Shown here: one piece after another, positions 28,651 through 36,979 of the stretch
How the letters are laid out: every line of letters begins with the position of its first letter
Numbering within the stretch: position 1 is the stretch's first letter
Assembly (NCBI GenBank): GCA_013816485.1
Contig: JACDEI010000002.1
Location: 34,322 to 98,321, forward strand
Direction: 5' to 3'
DNA: 64,000 nucleotides
Origin: Planctomycetota bacterium
Lineage (GTDB): Bacteria > Planctomycetota > UBA11346
Translations under genes and position numbers: made by a program
Notes under the pieces: generated by a model
Databases searched by the model: none
Told to the model about the DNA's origin: nothing
The model's input: the letters and a program-made list of their open reading frames with translations, nothing else

Positions 28651-31600
28651 TTAACCAGCGGCGAGTTTCTTGAGTCCCGCGAGATCGCGTTTGCCGGTGC
28701 CGAGTTTGGGGATCGCTTCGACCTGACGCACATCGCGCGAACGCGGACGCCACAGCGCTGGCAGATGTTCCAGGCTGGCGAGCAACGTCTCCCAATCGCC
28801 GGTGAAGCCGGTGTGCAGGACGATCAGGCGTTCACCACGTGCTTCATCGGTCACCGAGGCGACGGCAATCTCGATCGCGGCATCGTTGCCGACGATGGTG
28901 AGTACCGCCTGATGGACCGCCTGTTCGACATTGTCAAGCGGCACCATCTCACCGCCGATCTTGGCGAACCGTGCGAGACGACCGGTGATGTGGATGAAAC
29001 CATCCTCATCGACCTTGCCCACGTCACCGGTGTTGTAGCCGCCGTGGACGAAGGCTTTCTCGGTCAGATCCGGGCGATCAAGGTAGCCGCGCATGCGTGA
29101 TGGGCTCTGCACCACCAGCAAGCCTTCTTGTCCGGCGGGTAGACGCTCGTTGGTCTCCGGGTTGATGGTGAAGACGTTGAGGCCGGGCAGCGGACGACCG
29201 ACGGTGCCTTCACGCGCTCGGATCTCGGTTTCGCCGCTGCGTTTGATTGGCAGCAGATTGAGCGCCACCGTCGGCGCGAGTTCGGTGCAGCCGTATCCTT
29301 CCAGCAGTTCAGCGCCGTAACGCTCACGGAACGCCTGTTTGAGATCCGGCGGGCAACGCTCCGCTCCGACCACGGCGAAACGCAGGGTTTTGAACGGTTC
29401 CGGTTCGATGCGGCGCAGGTAGCCGCGCACGAAGGTCGGTGTGCTGATGAGGAAGGTCACTCCGCTCGCCTGGGCCAAGGCACCAAGCGCCTTCGCGTCC
29501 GTCGGATCTGGATGCGCGGCGCTCGGCATGCCGAGCACCACCCCGAGCCAGAATCCAGGCACCAAACCGAAACTGTGGAACAACGGCAGCGGGCTGAGCA
29601 GTACGTCGCGCTCCGTCAGCTCCAATGCTTCGGACACGGCAGTGATGTTGGCCAGCACCTGACGATGGGTCAGCTCCACACCTTTGGGATCGCCGGTCGA
29701 ACCGGAGCTGAAGATGATTGCGGCGACATCGTCCGCCTTGGCGCGCACCAGCAGGCTGGTGGGCAGCAGGAACGCCGCGAGGGCGGCACCGAGCACGGAG
29801 AGCGCGGAGGTGGACTTCATCACCTCATCGAGTTGGACCATGCGCGCGGACAACCCCGGATCGCCGATGCGTTTGAGGTAGGGCGTCGCACTGATGATCG
29901 TCCGGATGCCGGCCATCTCGCACATGCGTTTGAGTTGGACCGGACCAGAGGTGTGGTTGAGATTCACCGCCGTGCGCCCCAGGAGTGCCAAGGCGAGGTT
30001 GGCCATCGCGCCGCCGCGTCCGGGCGGCATCAGCAAACCGACGCAGCGTTCGTCCGTGGCAAGCCCCAGGCGTTTGGCCAGGATGCGCGCCAGCGCGATC
30101 AGTTTCCAGCAGGTCAGCACACCGCCGGCATCGCGGACCGCCGGACGCAGCGGGTGACGACGCATGCGCGCCAGGGCCACTCCGGCGAGTGTGCGTTGAT
30201 CGCGATCGGCACGGGCTTGGGCGGATTCGTAACTGAGGGCCATGACGTGTGCTCGGGCCTGGGCGGCGGTGGTGGTGGACGGGAGGGGTGCGCCGATGCG
30301 CAGCGATACCGGACGCCACGGACGCGGAAACGACCACTTCGGCGCGCGGCTGGAGACGGTACCCCACAGGCCATCGAGATGGGCCGGCACCACCGGTACG
30401 CCGGCGCGTGTGGCGATGCGCTCCAGACCGGAGCGAAAGACATCCATCTGGCCGCTGGCGGTCAGCTTGCCTTCGGGAAAAATCACCACGACCTCGCCGG
30501 CTTTTGCTGCCTCGATCGCGGCATCGATGGAAGCGAGCAGTGCGCGGCGTGAATCCTCCGCCGCCACCGGGATGACACCGGCGGCGCGCAGAAACAAGCC
30601 GACGCCCGGCATCTCGACGTAACGGCGGTAGACCAGAAAGCGGCCCTGACGCGGCAAGTGGGCTCCCAGGATCAGCCCATCGCTGTAACTCACGTGGTTG
30701 CACACCACCAAGCATCCGCCGGTGGCTGGCAGGTTTTCCGCACCGCTGACGCGTACGCGGTAGGTGGTGTTGATCACCAGCGTCATCAGCCAGCCAGCGC
30801 ACTGCCGGCGGTAGTGCCATATCAGCGCGATCGCCAGGACGACGGTGAAAGCACCACAAACCATGAAGGCCTGCGCGGTGGTGAGGCCACTCGCGGTCAG
30901 CGCGTGGAACGCACCAGCGGCAATGAAGGTGCCGAACGATCCCAGTACGGTTACCGCCGCCATCACTAGGTTTCGCTGGCCGGCAGTCGCCCGCTCCTGA
31001 AGCAGCACGGTCACCGGAACTTCCCACAGGCCCGCGCCGACACCGGTCATGAACAACCAGAAGATCACGGTTTTTATCGAGGTGGTATCGGACTGAATGG
31101 ATTCAACAGCAAGTCCGTTCGCGACCGCGTTGCTGAGAGCCACGCCGTGTTCGTGTGCCGTCCAGCCCATGGCGATGAACGAGACACCAGCCAGCAGTGC
31201 ACCGATCAAGGGAAGGCCCGCTGGGAAGGCGCGCGCGATCAGCACGGGGGCCAACGCCGAGCCGATCACCATGCCCACTACCAACGAGAGGAAGATTCCG
31301 ACCGTGCCGGTCACACCCAGGCCGTACGTCACTTGCCCCAAGGACGACAATCCAGCGAAGGCGGCACCACCGAGCGCCCAGAAACCAGCGAGTGCCAACG
31401 CGGCTGACCACGTGCCCGGATTGTTGTTCAGTGACTTCACCTGCCGCCAGACCGCCCACGGCATCGCGATCGGAGTGTGTGGCGCCTGCGCCGGTAGTGC
31501 TGGAATACGATAGGCACCGATGATGCCGATCAGGCAGAGCACACCGGCGACGAGCGACAACGAGATCACCGCGCTGTAGGCCGGCAGACTGACACCCAGT

Positions 31601-32199
31601 TTCTCGGCGATCCAGCCGAGAGCTGCCGCATCAGTGCATACTGCTAAGCAGGTGCCGGCCAGGATCGCCACCACCGTCGCCGCAGCGATCAAGGCGTTGG
31701 CTTTGCTCAACCTTTCCGGCGTCACCAGTTCAGGGATGACGGCGAGCTTCGTCGGCGCGAAGAACGCGCTGGCGATCGCCAACAGCGTAAGCGCACTGAG
31801 CATCAGTTCCGGACTCGATACCGCGAAACCCCAGATGCCGAGTACCGCAATCGGCACGTCGGCAAGACGCGCTGCGCGGATGATGCGGTGTTTGGGCAGA
31901 CGATCGCCCAGGCTTCCCGCGAGGGGGGCGAGGATGATGAACGGCGCGCTGAAAAGCATCAGCGCCCAGGCACCGTATGCCGCTGCCGCCTTGCCCGCCT
32001 TATCTGGATCGTCGGGAAACGCTGTGATGGCGGCCGCTCCGAGTGCGACGATCGCCACTTGACGGAAGAGATTGTCCAGGCCAGCGCCGATGACGCAGGC
32101 GGTGACATGTCCGGCAAGTCCGCGACGTGGCGTGGTGGTGCTCGTGCTTGCAGGCAGCCCGGCTGTCTTGGCATCGGAGGTCATGGTCGAGGCATCCAT
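28651..32199 (-). CDS. Tri-domain fusion: LplT-like MFS lysophospholipid transporter + PlsC-type acyltransferase + acyl-ACP synthetase (Aas-like)
   Basis: About 420 N-terminal aa with about 12 TM helices. Acyltransferase motif VVCNHVSYSDGL (HX4D) and FPEG. C-terminal AMP-binding domain (IFSSGSTGDPKGVELTH, GYGCTE, GDVG...DEDGF). Confidence 0.8.
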   Translation of the reverse strand: MDASTMTSDAKTAGLPASTSTTTPRRGLAGHVTACVIGAGLDNLFRQVAIVALGAAAITAFPDDPDKAGKAAAAYGAWALMLFSAPFIILAPLAGSLGDRLPKHRIIRAARLADVPIAVLGIWGFAVSSPELMLSALTLLAIASAFFAPTKLAVIPELVTPERLSKANALIAAATVVAILAGTCLAVCTDAAALGWIAEKLGVSLPAYSAVISLSLVAGVLCLIGIIGAYRIPALPAQAPHTPIAMPWAVWRQVKSLNNNPGTWSAALALAGFWALGGAAFAGLSSLGQVTYGLGVTGTVGIFLSLVVGMVIGSALAPVLIARAFPAGLPLIGALLAGVSFIAMGWTAHEHGVALSNAVANGLAVESIQSDTTSIKTVIFWLFMTGVGAGLWEVPVTVLLQERATAGQRNLVMAAVTVLGSFGTFIAAGAFHALTASGLTTAQAFMVCGAFTVVLAIALIWHYRRQCAGWLMTLVINTTYRVRVSGAENLPATGGCLVVCNHVSYSDGLILGAHLPRQGRFLVYRRYVEMPGVGLFLRAAGVIPVAAEDSRRALLASIDAAIEAAKAGEVVVIFPEGKLTASGQMDVFRSGLERIATRAGVPVVPAHLDGLWGTVSSRAPKWSFPRPWRPVSLRIGAPLPSTTTAAQARAHVMALSYESAQARADRDQRTLAGVALARMRRHPLRPAVRDAGGVLTCWKLIALARILAKRLGLATDERCVGLLMPPGRGGAMANLALALLGRTAVNLNHTSGPVQLKRMCEMAGIRTIISATPYLKRIGDPGLSARMVQLDEVMKSTSALSVLGAALAAFLLPTSLLVRAKADDVAAIIFSSGSTGDPKGVELTHRQVLANITAVSEALELTERDVLLSPLPLFHSFGLVPGFWLGVVLGMPSAAHPDPTDAKALGALAQASGVTFLISTPTFVRGYLRRIEPEPFKTLRFAVVGAERCPPDLKQAFRERYGAELLEGYGCTELAPTVALNLLPIKRSGETEIRAREGTVGRPLPGLNVFTINPETNERLPAGQEGLLVVQSPSRMRGYLDRPDLTEKAFVHGGYNTGDVGKVDEDGFIHITGRLARFAKIGGEMVPLDNVEQAVHQAVLTIVGNDAAIEIAVASVTDEARGERLIVLHTGFTGDWETLLASLEHLPALWRPRSRDVRQVEAIPKLGTGKRDLAGLKKLAAG

Positions 32200-32352
32200 C
32201 GGTAGGCACTCCTTTGGTCAGGATGCCGAAAGATAACAAACGATAACATTACAGTCAAGCGCTCATTCCATGTGCTGTGCCTGGACCGACACCCAGGAAG
32301 GAGATAGACATCCATCCATCTGAGGGAGCGACCGGACTGCCACGGCGCGACC

Positions 32353-32688
32353 TTGCGAGGAACGGCATTCATGCAAGTCCATGAACAGAATCAGGTCACC
32401 ATCATCACCATCCTCAACGAGGAGTGCGGTGCCCTGCTCAAGACGGTCGAGCCGCTGCTTGAAAAAGGTCGGCTGCGTTACGTCTTCGATCTGTCGCAGG
32501 CGACCTTTCTCAACTCGGTGAACATCGCCGCCATCATCGCCACGCGTAATCGCATCGTCGCCACCGGCGGCAAGGTCGCGGTCTCGAATCTGGCGGACAA
32601 CATCAAGGCGGTCTTCCGCATCCTGAAATTGGAGCGCCTGTTCGATCTCAATTTCGATCTGGACCAGGCACTCGCGGCGTTGCGCTGA
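32353..32688 (+). CDS. STAS-domain anti-sigma-factor antagonist (SpoIIAA/RsbV-like)
   Basis: About 105 aa with the STAS fold pattern (VTIITILNEECGALL...YVFDLSQATFLNSVNIAAII...VAVSNL). Likely start MQVHEQ. Confidence 0.65.
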   Translation: MRGTAFMQVHEQNQVTIITILNEECGALLKTVEPLLEKGRLRYVFDLSQATFLNSVNIAAIIATRNRIVATGGKVAVSNLADNIKAVFRILKLERLFDLNFDLDQALAALR

Positions 32689-32868
32689 GCACGCACACCT
32701 GCTGGTGCGGTACTGGTGCGCCCCAGCGGCCTGACCGCCCGATCCCTGGTTGCCCAACCCGCTAGAAGCCGCTATCAGGATGGACCGGGTTCCGTCCGTG
32801 AATGCGGAAACCTCGCGCTGGATTTGCTATGGTGCTTTGGGGACAGGCCTTGTATATCAGCCGTCAGC

Positions 32869-33657
32869 ATGCGGCGAATCGCGATCATCAGCGACATCCA
32901 TAGCAACATGCCCGCCCTCAATGCTGTGATGGCGGACATCGACCAGCAGCGCGTGGATGCCATCTACTGCCTGGGCGATGTCGTTGGCTATGGACCCGAA
33001 CCGGTGGATGCCATGCGCACCATCCTCGACATTTGCGAGGAGGGCAAGGTCATCGCCGGCAACCATGACCATGCGGCAATCCATGAACCGATCGGCTTCA
33101 ATGCTGAAGCCCGTGCGGCGGCCCTCTGGACCAACCAGAAGATCCGCGCTGGGATGCTCTCGTGGTTCGGTAAGCGGAAACGCTACAAGTGGCTGCGTGA
33201 TCTGCCCACGAGTTTCAGCGAAGGCGACGTGCTCTACGTGCACGCCAGCCCGCGAAACCACCTGGAAGAATACATCCTCGAAGAGCACACCCTTGGGCGC
33301 ACCTTCCTGGGCGAAGACCCTAAGCAGCTGCTCGATGAGAACTTCGCCCTGGTTCAGCACACCTGTTTCATCGGCCACACCCATCGTCCAGGCGTGGTAA
33401 CCGGAGACGACATGGTCTGGCACGGCATCAAGGGCCTGGACTACCGTTGGACGATGGATCCGCGCAAGACCATCATCAACGTCGGCAGTGTCGGCCAGCC
33501 GCGCGACGGTGACCCGCGTTCCTGCTACGTGATCTTCGATGGTGAATCGGTCGAATGGCGCCGGGTGGTCTACGACATCGAAAAGACCCGGAAGATGATC
33601 CTCGACGTGCCGCAACTCGGTCAGCACCTGGGCGATCGACTGCTCGTAGGCCGCTGA
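32869..33657 (+). CDS. Metallophosphoesterase (calcineurin-like, YfcE/MJ0936 family)
   Basis: Motifs ISDIHSN, CLGDVVGYGP, GNHD, GHTH. Start MRRIAII at 32869. Confidence 0.75.
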   Translation: MRRIAIISDIHSNMPALNAVMADIDQQRVDAIYCLGDVVGYGPEPVDAMRTILDICEEGKVIAGNHDHAAIHEPIGFNAEARAAALWTNQKIRAGMLSWFGKRKRYKWLRDLPTSFSEGDVLYVHASPRNHLEEYILEEHTLGRTFLGEDPKQLLDENFALVQHTCFIGHTHRPGVVTGDDMVWHGIKGLDYRWTMDPRKTIINVGSVGQPRDGDPRSCYVIFDGESVEWRRVVYDIEKTRKMILDVPQLGQHLGDRLLVGR

Positions 33658-33811
33658 GTCAGCCTCTGAGCTGGCTACGAGTCAGCCGCTAAGCCGGTCG
33701 CTGAAACGACCTTCCGGCCATTCGGGTCGGCCAACCCGGTACTTGCAAGTATCTCAGGCGCACTATCTTCCGCGCTCCCCAATTGAGGCCGTACCGGTCA
33801 AGGATGTTGTC

Positions 33812-34018
33812 ATGCCCAAGATGAAGAGCCACAAAGCCTCCAAGCGCCGTCTGCGTATCACCCCGACGGGCAAGGTTCTGCGTACCCAGTGCGGCGTGCG
33901 CCACCTGCTGACCCACCGCAGCCCGAAGCGTCGTCGTAACCTCGCCAAGAAGGCCACCACCACGACCGCCGGCTACGTCCGTCGTGCGCGTTACGCCCTG
34001 CTCATGGGCCAGCCGTAA
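33812..34018 (+). CDS. rpmI: 50S ribosomal protein L35
   Basis: MPKMKSHKASKRRLRITPTGKVLR... matches the L35 family. Start at 33812. Confidence 0.8.
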   Translation: MPKMKSHKASKRRLRITPTGKVLRTQCGVRHLLTHRSPKRRRNLAKKATTTTAGYVRRARYALLMGQP

Positions 34019-34167
34019 AAAAATCACCCCTGTCGCGATCGTCGGTCTTTTGACCGTTCACGCGACGGTTTTGAATCACCCCAAGTAGGCGAACAGCCTC
34101 TCCGGTAGCCAACAGCCGCTCGCTAAAAAACAGCAGCGCGGCACCGGGCAGTTATGAAAGATATGCC

Positions 34168-34842
34168 ATGCGTGCCACCAATGGTGCAGCTCGTCATCGT
34201 TCCAAAGCCCGCGTCCTAAAGGCCGCCAAGGGTTTCTACAGCGGTCGTCGCAAGATGTACACCGTCGCCTGCGAAGCAGTGATGCGCGCGGAGCAGATGG
34301 GCTTCCGCGGCCGCAAAGAGAAGAAGCGCGACTTCCGCCGTCTGTGGATCCGCCGTATCAGCATCGCGTCGCGTGGTCTCGGTGAAGAAGGCGTCTCCTA
34401 CAGCCGTCTGATCGCTGGCCTCCAGCTCGCCGACATCCGTCTCGACCGCAAGCAGCTCAGCGAGCTGGCCATCCACCAGCCCGCGGCATTCGCCGATGTG
34501 GTCAAGCAGGCCAAGGCCGCGCTTGCCGCTGCGCCGACCAGCCAGGGTGCTGGCGCGTTCGGCTACCGTCCGCAGAAGGCCGGCATCGACAACCTCACGA
34601 TCGTCGAGGGCATCGGCCCCAAGATCACCGAACTGTTCCGCGCCAACGGCATCGACACCTTCGCCAAGCTGGCGGCGGCCGATCCGGCGAAACTCGAGCA
34701 GATCCTCAAGTCTGGCGGCTCGCACTACAACACTGCCCAGCCCAGCACCTGGCCGAAGCAGGCCGACTTGGTCGTCAAGGGCCAGTGGGCCGCGCTGCGC
34801 AAGTGGCAGGACGAACTCGACGGCGGCATCAAGCGTATTTGA
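34168..34842 (+). CDS. rplT: 50S ribosomal protein L20 with a C-terminal helix-hairpin-helix extension of about 100 aa
   Basis: The N-terminal ~118 aa are canonical L20 (RATNGAARHRSKARVLKAAKGFYSGRRKMYTVA..RRLWIRRI). The extension contains HhH-like GIGPKITELFRANGIDTFAKLAAADPAKLEQILK. Confidence 0.85.
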   Translation: MRATNGAARHRSKARVLKAAKGFYSGRRKMYTVACEAVMRAEQMGFRGRKEKKRDFRRLWIRRISIASRGLGEEGVSYSRLIAGLQLADIRLDRKQLSELAIHQPAAFADVVKQAKAALAAAPTSQGAGAFGYRPQKAGIDNLTIVEGIGPKITELFRANGIDTFAKLAAADPAKLEQILKSGGSHYNTAQPSTWPKQADLVVKGQWAALRKWQDELDGGIKRI

Positions 34843-34981
34843 GCCAGCACGCGTTGAGCGGCTTCATGACACCCATCCGCTGTGCGGGTGGGTGTCGTCG
34901 TTTCTACGCTGCTGGGCAGTGCGAGGTTAAAGCGCGAAACGCAACCGCACTCCGCACCAGCGACGTGACCGCACGATGGAT

Positions 34982-35722
34982 TTATCCGGTGAGCAGGGCC
35001 TTCAGCCGACGTTGGCACTCGCCGGTGGCGAAGGGCAGCGAGAACATGTGCGCTCCAGTGAGTGGATCGATGCGGCCGTGACGCGCGAGACGCAGTGAGC
35101 GGATCGCTTGCACCGCGGAGGTGTTGTAGTCGCTCATCTCTTCAGCTAGGTCAGCAACCTGCTGCTCGTCGGTGACGATGCGATCGAGCAGACGTACCCG
35201 CAGCGATTGCCCGGCACCGAGCACGGCGCCCTGGAGGAACAACTCCGAGGAGAACCGTTCGCTCACGCGGCACGCCAGGCGCCGCAGGCCACCCATGCAC
35301 GGGACCAGCGCCCACGCCAGTCCAGGCAGGCCGACACGCACATCCGGCGTGGCAGTGAGCACATCGCAGCCAAGGGCCAGTTCCAGGCCGGCTCCCAACG
35401 CGTAGCCGGAGAGGTGGGCGATGGTGACCCCGGGCCAGGCTTCGAGCGCCTCGATCACCCGATGGCCGAGCTGACTGTAGAGCTCGGCCTGATCGGCGGT
35501 GAGGGATGCCAGTTCGTTGATATCGGCACCGACCGAAAACAGTTCGGATTTCCCGCTCAGGACCAAGGGCACCGCTTCATGGCGCGCGCGATCGAGTTGG
35601 CTGGCGAGCCCACGCAGGGTGGCGCTGTCGATGGCGTTGTAGCGGTCAGGGCGGCTCAGGCTGACGCTGAGGTAGCGGGCGTGGCGTTCGACCCGGATGC
35701 GACGGATGCTGACAGTGGCCAT
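34982..35722 (-). CDS. Enoyl-CoA hydratase/isomerase (crotonase) family protein
   Basis: Crotonase fold motifs (YNAIDSATL, SGKSELFSVGADI, GYALGAGLELALGCD). Start MATVSIRR. Confidence 0.7.
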   Translation of the reverse strand: MATVSIRRIRVERHARYLSVSLSRPDRYNAIDSATLRGLASQLDRARHEAVPLVLSGKSELFSVGADINELASLTADQAELYSQLGHRVIEALEAWPGVTIAHLSGYALGAGLELALGCDVLTATPDVRVGLPGLAWALVPCMGGLRRLACRVSERFSSELFLQGAVLGAGQSLRVRLLDRIVTDEQQVADLAEEMSDYNTSAVQAIRSLRLARHGRIDPLTGAHMFSLPFATGECQRRLKALLTG

Positions 35723-35913
35723 CGGGACCTTCCTCACGTTCCCCCGCGTCCATGCGTCAGGTGGTGACAGGGATGGATACCCCACGCACGCAGCCCCAGG
35801 ACCAGGTGTCGGACAAGCTTGTACATCGATGAAGGCCACCCTGGAGCACCTCCTCCGCATCGCTGCCGCGTGTGGTTGCGCCCTTGGGCCGTCGCTCTAA
35901 GGTCCTGCCCTAC

Positions 35914-36966
35914 ATGAGCTGGGTTGATCGTTTTATCGGAATGTTCAGCCTCGACCTGGGCATCGACCTCGGCACGGCGAACACGCTGGTAGCGGTCCAG
36001 GGCCGTGGGGTGGTGATCTCCGAACCGAGCGTGGTGGCGGTCAAGAAGGGCACCAAGCAGGTGATGATGGACGGCAATGCCGTCGGCGAGCAGGCCAAGA
36101 TCATGCTCGGCAAGAATCCCGGCCACATCGAAGTCATCCGTCCGATGAAGGACGGCGTGATCGCCGACTTCGAGATCACCGAGGCGATGCTGCGTTATTT
36201 CATCCGCCGGACGCATGGCCGTCGTGGTCCGTTCCGACCGCGCGTAGTCATCGCCGTGCCGTCGGGCATCAACGAGGTCGAGAAGCGCGCGGTGACCAAC
36301 AGCGCTATGAACGCGGGTGCGCGTCAGGTGTTCCTCATCCCCGAGCCGATGGCATCCGCAATCGGTGCCGGACTGCCGTTTGCCGATCCGGTCGGTTCGA
36401 TGATCGTCGACATCGGTGGCGGCACGACCGAGGTCGCGGTGATTTCGCTCGCCGGCATCGTCGCCTCGGAATCGGTGCGGGTCGCCGGTGACGAACTGTC
36501 GATGTCGATCGTCAAATACCTCAAGACCGAATACAACGTCGTCATCGGCGAGAACACCGCCGAGATGGTGAAACATCAGATCGGCTGCGCCATCGCCCCG
36601 GCGGAAGAGACGCGCATGTCGATCCGTGGGCGCGACATGCGCACCGGCATGCCGCGGGCGATCGAGGTCACTGCCAACGAGGTCCACGAGGCGCTCAAGC
36701 CTCAGCTCATGGCGATCGTCAACTCGGTGAAGATGGTGCTCGAACGCACCCAGCCCGAACTCGCTGCCGATCTGATGGAACGTGGCATCTGCCTGGCTGG
36801 CGGCACGGCATTGCTCAAGGGCCTGCCAGAACTGCTGTCGCGTGAAACCGGCTTGCCCGTGCGCATGGCGCAGGATCCGATGACCTGCGTCGCACGTGGG
36901 TGCGCCGCGTTGCTCGACGATCTCGACGCGGTCAAACAGATCCTGGAACTGGGTATGGACCAGTGA
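35914..36966 (+). CDS. mreB: Rod shape-determining actin homologue MreB
   Basis: MSWVDRFIGMFSLDLGIDLGTANTLVAV... aligns with MreB throughout. No mreCD downstream. Confidence 0.9.
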   Translation: MSWVDRFIGMFSLDLGIDLGTANTLVAVQGRGVVISEPSVVAVKKGTKQVMMDGNAVGEQAKIMLGKNPGHIEVIRPMKDGVIADFEITEAMLRYFIRRTHGRRGPFRPRVVIAVPSGINEVEKRAVTNSAMNAGARQVFLIPEPMASAIGAGLPFADPVGSMIVDIGGGTTEVAVISLAGIVASESVRVAGDELSMSIVKYLKTEYNVVIGENTAEMVKHQIGCAIAPAEETRMSIRGRDMRTGMPRAIEVTANEVHEALKPQLMAIVNSVKMVLERTQPELAADLMERGICLAGGTALLKGLPELLSRETGLPVRMAQDPMTCVARGCAALLDDLDAVKQILELGMDQ

Positions 36967-36979
36967 AGGTAACTCCTGC

